This document shows positions 1 to 8,590 of a stretch of 64,000 nucleotides of DNA, piece by piece. The DNA is taken from contig CAVRCI010000001.1 in the NCBI GenBank assembly GCA_963719495.1, positions 32,001-96,000 of the forward strand. The letters are read 5' to 3'. Source of the stretch: an uncultured Verrucomicrobiae bacterium (GTDB taxonomy: Bacteria; Verrucomicrobiota; Verrucomicrobiia; Chthoniobacterales; JAATET01). The translations under genes were made by a program, and so were the position numbers. Positions within the stretch are counted from its first letter, which is position 1; every line of letters starts with the position of its first letter. Under the pieces are notes generated by a model. The model was not told where the DNA came from, searched no databases, and saw nothing but the letters and a program-made list of their open reading frames with translations.

Positions 1-19
1 TGCATCCCACCAATCACCA

Positions 20-177
20 TTGACTCGCTCGCTCCCGCTCGTCTCGCCCTTCGGGCTACACCGCAAAGCCGGTGTAGTCTGCCCCGAGAGTTGACTCGGT
101 CGCTCCCGCTCCTCTCGCCCTCCGGGCTACACCGCAGAGCCGGTGTAGTCTGCCCCGAGCCTTCCCAGGCTCCGGTG
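20..177. repeat. Two tandem copies (20-88 partial, 91-177 full) of an 87-bp structured intergenic repeat
   Basis: TTGACTCG(C/G)TCGCTCCCGCTC..CTCGCCCT..GGGCT + hairpins; related copies at 30226-30486 and 61338-61414. Confidence 0.85.
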
Positions 178-210
178 CTCACCAATCACCAATCACCAAT
201 CACCAATCAC
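178..210. repeat. Heptamer tandem tract (CACCAAT)n
   Basis: ctcaccaatcaccaatcaccaatcaccaatcacg. Confidence 0.9.
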
Positions 211-219
211 GCAACAAAA

Positions 220-1308
220 CTACCGCCCCCGCCCCCCCATGATCGAAAACGAATAGTCCACCTCGATCCGCCGCCCCTGCAACTCCCCCACGATCTCCTC
301 CGGGATCGGCGGAATGTCCGCCGCCATCACCGCCCGCACCGAGCAGCTCGCCAGACTCTCGTTCGAAGTATTCGAAAGCACCCGCACACCCTCGACTTTC
401 CCATCCGCCCGAATCGTGAAGCTCAGTTTCACCGCGCCGATGTTCACGAGGTCGATCATGTCATTCACGTAGTAATACCAGCGCGACCCGATCGCATCCT
501 GCATCTGCTTTTTGTAGCGGCCCAGCGGCGTCGCCATCGCCTCGATCGACGACTGACTCCCCCGGTTGGAAATCCCCCCCGTCAACCGCGTCGTCCGAGT
601 CTCCGGCTGAAACCCCGGAGGTCGCGGCGGCGAAGCTGGGCGCGGAGTCTCGGGCCGCCGCACCTCGACCTCCGGCTTCGGCGCTGGTTTCCGCAAAGTC
701 GGATCCAAGAAGGCCAGCTCAGCCGGCTCCGGCGGCGGAGTCGGCGAAGGCTCCGGCGTCCCCTCGGGTCTTTCCTCCGGCGTCGGCTCCGGCTCCTCGG
801 CGTCCTCCGGCTCGTCCACCGGCGGCCTTTCCTCCGAAGGCTCCGCGGTTTGCTCCGGCACCGCCTCCTCCGGCTGCGATAACGGCGACGCCTGCGAAGG
901 CGGCGCGATCGGTCCCAACGCCATCTCGAGATTCCGGATCGCCGAAGCCTCCTCCTCCCCGTCCGTCGCCGGGGCCTCCGTGTCGTCCGTCGGCTCCGCC
1001 TGGCTCACCGCCTTCGTGTTCTCGTCCGACTCGAACTTCGCGTCCTCGGGCACCTCCTCCGTGACCTCACCCTGCGCACTGTCGACGAACCCACGCTCCT
1101 CCGGCGTCGGCTCAGGCTCCGGCGGCAGGATCGTCAGAGTGACCGGCTCGTCAATCTCCGGCTCCGGCGCAAAGATCGAAGCCGCGTTCGTCCAAAGCAG
1201 CACCAAGACCACGAAAAGCAGCAGCAGATGAATCGCCACCGAGACGACGATAGCGATGACCGTCCGGCGGCGTTCCTCCTGGCGAACGCTGCGGGTCGTC
1301 TCGATCAT
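220..1308 (-). CDS. TonB/TolA-like energy transducer with TonB C-terminal domain
   Basis: N-terminal TM helix SVAIHLLLL, long Pro/Glu linker, C-terminal VKLSFTIRADGKVEGVRV fold. Confidence 0.75.
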   Translation of the reverse strand: MIETTRSVRQEERRRTVIAIVVSVAIHLLLLFVVLVLLWTNAASIFAPEPEIDEPVTLTILPPEPEPTPEERGFVDSAQGEVTEEVPEDAKFESDENTKAVSQAEPTDDTEAPATDGEEEASAIRNLEMALGPIAPPSQASPLSQPEEAVPEQTAEPSEERPPVDEPEDAEEPEPTPEERPEGTPEPSPTPPPEPAELAFLDPTLRKPAPKPEVEVRRPETPRPASPPRPPGFQPETRTTRLTGGISNRGSQSSIEAMATPLGRYKKQMQDAIGSRWYYYVNDMIDLVNIGAVKLSFTIRADGKVEGVRVLSNTSNESLASCSVRAVMAADIPPIPEEIVGELQGRRIEVDYSFSIMGGRGR

Positions 1309-2135
1309 GCCGCCGGAAGCGTCCCCGAAATGCGGGCGTGGTGAAAGAGATATTGCTGAACGTAACCGGCATACGGCCCCAGCCGCTCCCGGCAGAATTC
1401 TTCAAGATCCCGCGGCTTCACCGCCCGACCGTGCATCGCCTGGAGAACCCGCGCGATCCAAACGTCGATCGGCACCGCCTCCAACCGCTCATACCCAAAA
1501 AGCATCACGCAATTCGCCACCTTCACCCCCACCCCCGGCAACCCGCACAACACCGCCAGCAATTCCGCCGACTCCAACCCACCCATCGCCTCCAGATCCA
1601 CCACCCCCTCGTCCACCATCCGCGCCGTCGCCAGCAACGTCTTCGCCCGGTAACCCAGTCCGCACGCCCGCAAATCATCCTCCGACAAACCCGCGATCCG
1701 CGACGCTCCCGGATAAGCCGCCACCGCCGACCCGCTCACCCGCTCGCCGAAGCGCTCCCGCAGCAACAGCGACATCGCCCGGATGTGACCCACCCGCTTC
1801 ATCGAACTCGTGATGAACGTCGCCAGACACTCCCACCGAGGCTGACGCAACACCCGGATCCCCCGGCAGGCCGCCACCGAAGCCACGGTAAAATCATCCC
1901 CCGGAAACGTCGCAAAAATCTCATCCAGCCGGTGGTCCAACGAAAAATATCGCCGCACCACCTCCTCGCGACCCGCCGTCACCCGCAATCGCCCATCCAC
2001 CTGCTCCGCGTAAACCAACGTTCGATCCACCAGACCCTCCCAGCCCACCCCCCGCCGCGACCAATGAAAAACCTGCCCGCTCTCCAGCGACAAATCCAAG
2101 CGGAACTCCGAAGCCTCCAGCTCGTCCCGCCTCAT
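1305..2135 (-). CDS. 8-oxoguanine DNA glycosylase (OGG1/AlkA HhH-GPD superfamily)
   Basis: LSLESGQVFHW, GLGYRAK, HhH LPGVGVKVANC, VPIDVW; start moved to ATG 2135, which overlaps the rex stop. Confidence 0.85.
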   Translation of the reverse strand: MRRDELEASEFRLDLSLESGQVFHWSRRGVGWEGLVDRTLVYAEQVDGRLRVTAGREEVVRRYFSLDHRLDEIFATFPGDDFTVASVAACRGIRVLRQPRWECLATFITSSMKRVGHIRAMSLLLRERFGERVSGSAVAAYPGASRIAGLSEDDLRACGLGYRAKTLLATARMVDEGVVDLEAMGGLESAELLAVLCGLPGVGVKVANCVMLFGYERLEAVPIDVWIARVLQAMHGRAVKPRDLEEFCRERLGPYAGYVQQYLFHHARISGTLPAA

Positions 2136-2749
2136 TGAATGAAGTAACTCAGACTCTCCAACTCGATGGCCAGATTCACGTTGTTCACCATCACGTGCGG
2201 CGGCACCTGGAGCACGATCGGCGCAAAATTCAGCACCGCCTGAATCCCCGCCGCCACCAAAGTATTCGCGATCTCCTGCGCCACCGTCCCCGGAACGCAC
2301 AGGATCGCCATCTTGATCGAATTCTCCCCCACGAATCCAGCCAGCCGCCCGATCGGATAAATCGGCACCCGAATATCCTCCGACCGCTTCCGCGGAGCCG
2401 CGTCGAAAGCCGCCGCGATCTCGAAACCCTCCCGCCCGAAACCCTCCTGATACCGCAGCAGCGCCGACCCCAAATTCCCCGCCCCCACCAGAATCGTCGG
2501 CTGCAGCCGGGCCCGCCCCAGCACCTCGCCCAGCCGATCGCCCAAAGTCTGCACGTCGTAACCCAGCCCCCGTTTTCCAAACTGTCCACAATGCGTGAGA
2601 TCCTTCCGCAACTGCGTCGGCTTCACCCCCGCCACCTTCGCCAGCGATTCCGAAGACACCGTCCGCCCCGGCTCACCCGCCATCCGCTCCAAACACCGCT
2701 TGTAAAGCGACAGCCGATACACCGTCTTCCGTGGAATCGCCTCCTTCAT
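2132..2749 (-). CDS. rex: Redox-sensing transcriptional repressor Rex
   Basis: IPRKTVYRLSLY, QLRKDL..GQFGKRGLGY, VGAGNLGSAL, ILNFAP-like motif; ATG 2749. Confidence 0.95.
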   Translation of the reverse strand: MKEAIPRKTVYRLSLYKRCLERMAGEPGRTVSSESLAKVAGVKPTQLRKDLTHCGQFGKRGLGYDVQTLGDRLGEVLGRARLQPTILVGAGNLGSALLRYQEGFGREGFEIAAAFDAAPRKRSEDIRVPIYPIGRLAGFVGENSIKMAILCVPGTVAQEIANTLVAAGIQAVLNFAPIVLQVPPHVMVNNVNLAIELESLSYFIQ

Positions 2750-2940
2750 TTCCAAGTGAAAAAGAACAATCCTCCACCCTTTTGTCAACCAACCCAAACC
2801 GAAGCTCAAACCCTCCCCCGCCGAAGACACCCCACCCTCGGAGGGCGAGGCTCCCGCCGAGCCGTTGCAAAATCTCAAGGCTCGCAATCAACCAAGCGCA
2901 ACCTACGCACGTTCAGTGTCCGTCACCCAGACCCTCACCC

Positions 2941-2982
2941 CCACCATTCACTATTCACCATTCACTATTCACCAAACTCACC
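2941..2982. repeat. Heptamer tandem tract (CACCATT/CACTATT)n
   Basis: ccaccattcactattcaccattcactattcaccaaactcacc. Confidence 0.85.
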
Positions 2983-3775
2983 CACCCCCGGCCAAAAACG
3001 CCGAAACCGGACTCGTCGCACTGGCGAATTCCCCGCGCATCGGCAATCCCGCCCGCACCGCCGCCCGAGCAGCCTCCACCGTCATCCGAAAAGCCCCCGC
3101 CATCGCCACCGCGTCCTCGGCCGCCGCGATCGCCGTATTCACGAGCACCGCGTCGGCTCCCATTTCGATCGCCTCCGCCGCGTGGCTCGGCGCGCCGATC
3201 CCCGCGTCCACGATCACCGGCACCGTCGCCTGCTTGATGATGATCTCGATCTGACCCCGGGTCTCGATCCCCCGATTGCTGCCAATGGGCGACCCCAGCG
3301 GCATCACCGTCGCCACGCCGACATCCTGCAGCCGCTTCGCCAGCACCGGATCCGCGTTGATGTATGGCAGCACCACGAACCCCTCCTTCACCAACACCTC
3401 CGCCGCCCGCAGCGTTTCCACCGGATCCGGCAGCAGATAATGAGGGTCGGGGTGAATCTCCAGCTTCACCCAATTCGGCATCCCGGCCGCCACCGCCAAA
3501 CGCGCCAGCCGCACCGCCTCGTCCGCGTTCATCGCCCCACTCGTGTTCGGCAGCAGCAGATACTTCTCCGAATCAACGAAATCCAAAATATTGGCAAACG
3601 CATCCCCCGCCCCCGCCAAATCCGCCCGCCGCAGAGCCACCGTCACGATCTCCGCGCCACTCGCAGCGAGGGAGTCCCGCATCCGCTCGTTCGAAGAAAA
3701 CTTCCCCGTCCCCACCAACAACCGCGAACCAAACGACCGCCCCGCAATCACAAGCGGATCAACAAACTCTGCCAT
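2978..3775 (-). CDS. thiG: Thiazole synthase
   Basis: [44 protein letters not shown]. Confidence 0.97.
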   Translation of the reverse strand: MAEFVDPLVIAGRSFGSRLLVGTGKFSSNERMRDSLAASGAEIVTVALRRADLAGAGDAFANILDFVDSEKYLLLPNTSGAMNADEAVRLARLAVAAGMPNWVKLEIHPDPHYLLPDPVETLRAAEVLVKEGFVVLPYINADPVLAKRLQDVGVATVMPLGSPIGSNRGIETRGQIEIIIKQATVPVIVDAGIGAPSHAAEAIEMGADAVLVNTAIAAAEDAVAMAGAFRMTVEAARAAVRAGLPMRGEFASATSPVSAFLAGGG

Positions 3776-3832
3776 CTCCCACAACTACCGTCCCTGCCAC
3801 CCGCCGCGCAAGACTCGCACCCAGCTCCGACC

Positions 3833-3861
3833 TTGAAAGACCCCGCCTGCCAGTCTACCTT
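3833..3861 (+). promoter_or_regulatory. Putative sigma70 promoter of tRNA-Arg
   Basis: TTGAAA-17 bp-TACCTT, 19 bp upstream of the tRNA. Confidence 0.5.
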
Positions 3862-3880
3862 CCCGCCATCACAACCAAAC

Positions 3881-3956
3881 GCGCCCGTAGCTCAGGGGAT
3901 AGAGCACCGGACTTCTAATCCGATGGTCGGTGGTTCGAATCCACCCGGGCGTGCCA
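3881..3956 (+). tRNA. tRNA-Arg(TCT)
   Basis: Cloverleaf: GCGCCCG acceptor stem, D-arm GCTC/GAGC, anticodon loop CT-TCT-AA, GGTTCGAATCC T-arm, encoded CCA. Confidence 0.97.
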
Positions 3957-3988
3957 GTCTTAACCGATGTCGGAACATCGGTGGAGAG

Positions 3989-4590
3989 CCGGAGAAGAAG
4001 TGGGGCCGCTCATCGAGCCGCCCCTACCCATGCAGGTAGAAACCCACCGCCGATGGGTCGGTCACCTTCCGCGTCCAAGGTCGGGCAGCCGCGCCGCCGC
4101 GTGCCCGTTTCGGTTATGGGCGTCGATCGAAAACGAACATCGACCAATATGCTCAGACCAGTGTGCCCGAACAGGCCGTCGAGAAGACCGCCAGTCCAAC
4201 GAGAAAGCGACGGAACCCGGGGAACCCGGGGCCCGGCTCCCCTAACCATTCTCAACGACGGCGCTGCCGCGCCGAGCGCGAGCACGTTCAGGTAGAGTCG
4301 GGCGCTGGGTAGTTCGACCATCACCGGAGAAGAAGTGGGCCCACTTCATCGAGCCGCCCCTCCCCATTTGGGTGGGAACGCTTCGCCAATAGGTTCGGTC
4401 ACCCTCCCGGCACCGAGAGCACGAGCCTCGTCCAAGGTAGGGCAGCCGCGCCGCCGGGTGCCCATTTCGGTTATGGGCGTCGATCGAAAACGAACATCGA
4501 CCAATATGCTCAGACCAGTGTGCCCGACCAGGCCGTCGAGAAGACCGCCAGTCCAACGAGAAAGCGACGGCACCCGGGGCCCGGCTGCCC
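3989..4590. repeat. Imperfect direct duplication (~3989-4242 and ~4324-4590) with 142-bp near-identical cores and GTAG-type REP-like hairpins
   Basis: Cores 4072-4213 and 4429-4570 differ at 4 positions by my reading. Confidence 0.9.
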
Positions 4591-4636
4591 GCTCCTTGTT
4601 GACAACTAAAACTTGAACGATACATCACTCAAGCGC

Positions 4637-5512
4637 CTACGGGCTTCCATCTATAGCAACAACATCCTCGCGGTAATACAGGGCCCAAATAGTATAATTT
4701 AAGTAAGGTGAATTCGGAAACCCAGATGCTTGCGATAGCTTTGAATAGGCTGAGTTGTAAAGGCTATCCCTTAACGCAGAAAGACGCGCACGCCGCCGCG
4801 GCCCGTTAGTAATCCTATCAGCATCCTCAACGCGATACCAATCAGCATGCTGAGAGTTATGTGTTCCATAGAGGTTCCAAAGATTTAGGAGGTCATAGGA
4901 CGAGAGATCAGCAGGAAAATCTCGGCCTCGAGAATTCATCATCGACACAACCTGAACGCCACACCAATCCGGGTGATACAACCCCAGAGCATGACCTATC
5001 TCATGCAAAACGGTTCGGTAAGTATACCCGAAATCAGCTTCCCACGAAGTAGGAGCTTCGTTGTCTTCGTTAGCAGCTGTAGCGATATTCGGATTAAGCT
5101 GCACACGGAAACGTTTCACATAGTGATTACTAACCCACCAGTCTTTGCCCTGATAGGAATTGCCATATAGGCCGAAGCTATGATGTGCACACTGGGCGAG
5201 AGAAGTCGGCAGATCAGGAACTGCGAATTCGATTCCCCCATTACATGGCGTGATATTCGAATTTGAACTTCCAAATGGTATTTTCTGCAGAATCACATAG
5301 ATACCAGCCTGAGAAAAAGCGGCATTCCATCGATCAACCGCGGCAGTCGCCGCTTGGGTGGTTACTGGGTAGATAGCAGGATCGAATTCGAATCGAACAT
5401 GAGTCACGCCAGGAGGTAGAAATAATCCGCCGAACGGGACAGTTGCTCCCATCATTCCGAAGGTTGGAACTGTAATTACCGCGGCGGCTAAAAGAGTCTT
5501 AAAAATTGTCAT
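4637..5512 (-). CDS. Secreted metzincin zinc metalloprotease (matrixin/M10-like)
   Basis: Signal peptide; HEIGHALGLYH zinc motif; SMM Met-turn; visibly lower GC than flanks. Confidence 0.85.
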   Translation of the reverse strand: MTIFKTLLAAAVITVPTFGMMGATVPFGGLFLPPGVTHVRFEFDPAIYPVTTQAATAAVDRWNAAFSQAGIYVILQKIPFGSSNSNITPCNGGIEFAVPDLPTSLAQCAHHSFGLYGNSYQGKDWWVSNHYVKRFRVQLNPNIATAANEDNEAPTSWEADFGYTYRTVLHEIGHALGLYHPDWCGVQVVSMMNSRGRDFPADLSSYDLLNLWNLYGTHNSQHADWYRVEDADRITNGPRRRARLSALRDSLYNSAYSKLSQASGFPNSPYLNYTIWALYYREDVVAIDGSP

Positions 5513-5513
5513 A

Positions 5514-5559
5514 AGAAAAAAGAAATGGGGTGGACAACGGTCTTACCGAAGGCCACCCC
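5514..5559 (-). terminator. Putative intrinsic terminator after the 5593-6111 gene
   Basis: GGGGTGG...CCACCCC stem followed on the minus strand by ATTTCTTTTTT. Confidence 0.6.
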
Positions 5560-5592
5560 AACTTGAAACGCGTTGTAATTTATCCGCAAGCC

Positions 5593-6111
5593 CTACGACA
5601 TTGGCCCGACCAAACCTGCCGAGGTATAGACCAAGTCTTGGATAGCCTGGCTTTGGGCAGCGCTGCCTCCACGAGAGAGATTGACTTGGACCAGCCGATC
5701 CGCGATCGGACGAATCACAGCCGGCGTTTTCTCGCTGTTCGGGAGCTTGCGGATGACAAGTCTCACAAATCGGTTGAACGAGCGATCAAGCTCCCCGTTT
5801 GCCCCAATGAACCCTCGGGCCGTGCCTTTCAAAATCGTGAGAGCCGTCTGGCCGCGGAGATTGTTCCGAACCAGCTTCTTGAGGCTCCGATTACCGATGC
5901 GGGCAAATGCCACGACTTTGTTCGCATCCCGACGAACGAATTTCTTAATCGTGCGGGAAATCACCTTGGCGGCAGCGCCGTTCTTCTTGTTACCAAGCTT
6001 CTGGTCGAGCTCGTCTTTGAACAGACGGACGGAGCTTTGCGCGGAAGCGGATTGAGCGATCACGGAGACCGTGACTGCGCCGACGGCGAGGAGTTTGTGG
6101 AATTGGGTCAT
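5593..6111 (-). CDS. Hypothetical secreted, highly basic protein
   Basis: MTQFHKLLAVGAVTVSVIAQSASA signal peptide; K/R-rich mature part; ATG 6111 preferred. Confidence 0.7.
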   Translation of the reverse strand: MTQFHKLLAVGAVTVSVIAQSASAQSSVRLFKDELDQKLGNKKNGAAAKVISRTIKKFVRRDANKVVAFARIGNRSLKKLVRNNLRGQTALTILKGTARGFIGANGELDRSFNRFVRLVIRKLPNSEKTPAVIRPIADRLVQVNLSRGGSAAQSQAIQDLVYTSAGLVGPMS

Positions 6112-6218
6112 GGCTTTGTTTAAGGTTTGAAAGAAAGTGCGCTGGATTGCGCGGGATGGCAATAAAAAATTCGTTTGCGACAAGATCGTCACATTGGACT
6201 GGGCAACGGCGATCCCGC

Positions 6219-7157
6219 TCAGGAGTAAACGCTTAACATGTTCTGGCTCAGCTTGATATCCAACGGCCATTCATCGAAAGGGACTCCATCCAGGTGAATT
6301 CGAACGGCTCGTTTGCCCCCGATTTTGATTTTTTTTACCCGCAGCTGAAGACTTTTCGGTGAATAAACCCGCCGTCCACTGCTGATGGACAGGAAATGCC
6401 ACCAGAGCTCGAGGCGACTGAACCGCTTGAAAACACTGACGGTCAGCAAGCCATCGTCGATGCGCGCTTCGGGGGCCACGGCGAAGTTCATCCCGTAGTA
6501 GGGCCCGTTCGAAACGGTCAGCATGAGGGCGCGCAGTCGGATGGTTGTCCGGTCCAAACGCCGGAGCTGGCGGATCCGCGACCGCCGCGTTGTCGCGGTT
6601 CCTTCGACGAGGGCTTCGGACACGGGGCGATCCAACTCGAGTTCGAAACTCTGCCGGGGATACCGGAAGGCTTTCCGGAACAGTTCGAGCCATTTCGAAA
6701 ACGCCCCCGACTTGATCTCTTCTCCCAAAGGGAACACCTCGGCTCCAAGTCCCGCGCCCGCACATTCGAAAAATGGTTTTCCATTGGCGAAGCCGACGTC
6801 GACTTTGCGCAGCCGGTTTCGTCCGATCAATTCGCACGCCGCCGGAATTTCCTTTGGAAGACCCAGACTGAGGGCGAAGTTATTGTAGGTCCCTACGGGG
6901 ATGATCCCGAAGGGCGTGCCTGAGCCGATCAACTCCCGGGCGACGGCACCGACGGACCCGTCGCCACCCGCCACGATCAAGAACGGAGCGCCCTCGTCGA
7001 GGGCCGCCCGAGCTGCCGTGGTCGGATCATTTTCCTCGCCGATCTCACGAACATCGACCTTCACGCCGACGTTGAGAAGTTGCGCAACCAGCCCGTCGGG
7101 GCCGGACTCCGAGGCGGTCCCCGCTTTTGGATTGTAAAGTAGAACTCCTCGACGCAT
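6219..7157 (-). CDS. Diacylglycerol/lipid kinase family protein (YegS/DagK/BmrU)
   Basis: NPKAG, VAGGDGS, GIIPVGTYNNFA, NGPYYG, DDGLL. Confidence 0.9.
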   Translation of the reverse strand: MRRGVLLYNPKAGTASESGPDGLVAQLLNVGVKVDVREIGEENDPTTAARAALDEGAPFLIVAGGDGSVGAVARELIGSGTPFGIIPVGTYNNFALSLGLPKEIPAACELIGRNRLRKVDVGFANGKPFFECAGAGLGAEVFPLGEEIKSGAFSKWLELFRKAFRYPRQSFELELDRPVSEALVEGTATTRRSRIRQLRRLDRTTIRLRALMLTVSNGPYYGMNFAVAPEARIDDGLLTVSVFKRFSRLELWWHFLSISSGRRVYSPKSLQLRVKKIKIGGKRAVRIHLDGVPFDEWPLDIKLSQNMLSVYS

Positions 7158-7220
7158 TCCCCCGCCTACGCTGGCCCGGCGGGATCTGAAAGCGAATTCG
7201 GTCGGGCCGCCCGCGCGATC

Positions 7221-8564
7221 CTACTCGTCGGTCGGAACCCCGAGTCGATCGTGCAGCGACGCGCTCAACCGGGAGCGCAGGCCTTCGTGATCGATTCGAC
7301 CGAGCAGATCATCGAAGAATCCGGCCAGAATCAGGCGTCGACCCAGCCGTTCGGGAATCCCGCGCGCCTGCATGTAGAAGACCTCGTCTTCGTTGATCTG
7401 TCCGGAGGTCGCTCCGTGTGAACACCGAACTTCGTCGGCGAGGATCTCCAGACCAGGCATCGAATTTGCCTCGGCTTCGTCGCTTAAGAGAAGGTTGCGC
7501 ACCTTCTGGTAAGCGTCCGTGCCGTGCGCCCGTTCGGCGACTTTGATGAGCCCCGCAAAAATCGTTCGCGCCGAGTCGTCCAAGGAATTGTGATAAAGCA
7601 AATCACTGGTCGCGTTCGGAGCGGAATGATCCTGCAACGTGCGCTGGTCGATCTCCCGGTCACCATCGACCGGATTGATCGCGAGCATCACGCTGCGGGC
7701 GCCCGCTCCGACCATGCGGCTGAGGCTTTCGCCCCGGACGTAGTGTCCACCCAGGTTGAGCGCAAGGGCCGTGGCGGTCGCGTCCCGGTCAACGATGGTC
7801 GAATTGATGTGGAAGGCAACGGTGCTGAGGCTCCAATCCTGCACCGCCACGTATTGGAGATTCGCTCCCGCTCCCGCGTGGAGATCGTTCACCCCGCAGG
7901 CCAACGCCCGCTTGCCGTCCGCTGAAGCGAAACGGTCCACGACGGTCACTTTGCTGTTCGTCCCGCAGATGATGAGCGTGTGCGGAAAGACGCTCGAGTA
8001 CTCGCCCTCGACCCAATGGTGGATCTCGATCGGTTCGGCGACTTCGACGTTGGCCGGGACGTGAACGAGAACTCCGCCGGTCACCATCGCGCGATGCAAT
8101 GCCGCGAGGCGATGCGATCCCAACTCGACCGGCTGAGTCATGAAATACTCCCGCATGAGGCCTTCGTGATCGCGGGCAGCCTCCTCGAGCGGCACCACGA
8201 CGACGCCAGCCGGCAGGCCATCAATCTCGCGATGGAGCAAGCGATTGTTGCCGAAAACGAATTTCGCCGAGAACGTTTCGCCGAGCGTGGAAGCGTTGAT
8301 CAAGCGACCTTCGCTCCCGACCTCGGAAGCGGTGACAAAACCATCCAGCTTCGCGGAAGCGATCGAAGCAAATCGCCAGGCTTCGTCCGTGCGATTTGGC
8401 GGAGCCGTGGCTAGAAAATCCTTCCAAGCGGCGCGCTGCGTCGCCTGAAACCACTCGGGATACCGCTCGCAAGCCGCGAATCCTTCCGACCCACTGCCAC
8501 CCGCAATCTCCCGACCGGATGTCGCCGCGGTTGCCGCCATCTCCTCTTCCAATACTCCGCTCAT
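7221..8564 (-). CDS. sufD: Fe-S cluster assembly protein SufD
   Basis: EAWRF, beta-helix region, PGLEILADEVRCSHGAT, FYMQARGI; follows sufB. Confidence 0.92.
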   Translation of the reverse strand: MSGVLEEEMAATAATSGREIAGGSGSEGFAACERYPEWFQATQRAAWKDFLATAPPNRTDEAWRFASIASAKLDGFVTASEVGSEGRLINASTLGETFSAKFVFGNNRLLHREIDGLPAGVVVVPLEEAARDHEGLMREYFMTQPVELGSHRLAALHRAMVTGGVLVHVPANVEVAEPIEIHHWVEGEYSSVFPHTLIICGTNSKVTVVDRFASADGKRALACGVNDLHAGAGANLQYVAVQDWSLSTVAFHINSTIVDRDATATALALNLGGHYVRGESLSRMVGAGARSVMLAINPVDGDREIDQRTLQDHSAPNATSDLLYHNSLDDSARTIFAGLIKVAERAHGTDAYQKVRNLLLSDEAEANSMPGLEILADEVRCSHGATSGQINEDEVFYMQARGIPERLGRRLILAGFFDDLLGRIDHEGLRSRLSASLHDRLGVPTDE

Positions 8565-8590
8565 ATGATTCTACGAATTCCCCCGAAGGC

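Noticed and set aside
2750..2790. Rex operator upstream of rex
   Set aside because: AAGTGAAAAAGAACAA does not fit the TTGTGAA-N4-TTCACAA spacing
3930..4628. ORFs within the duplicated unit behind the tRNA
   Set aside because: All frames give atypical compositions with no motifs; better explained as repeat DNA
3940..7200. Prophage or integrative island at tRNA-Arg
   Set aside because: No integrase and no duplicated tRNA 3' end found by eye; only a small low-GC islet
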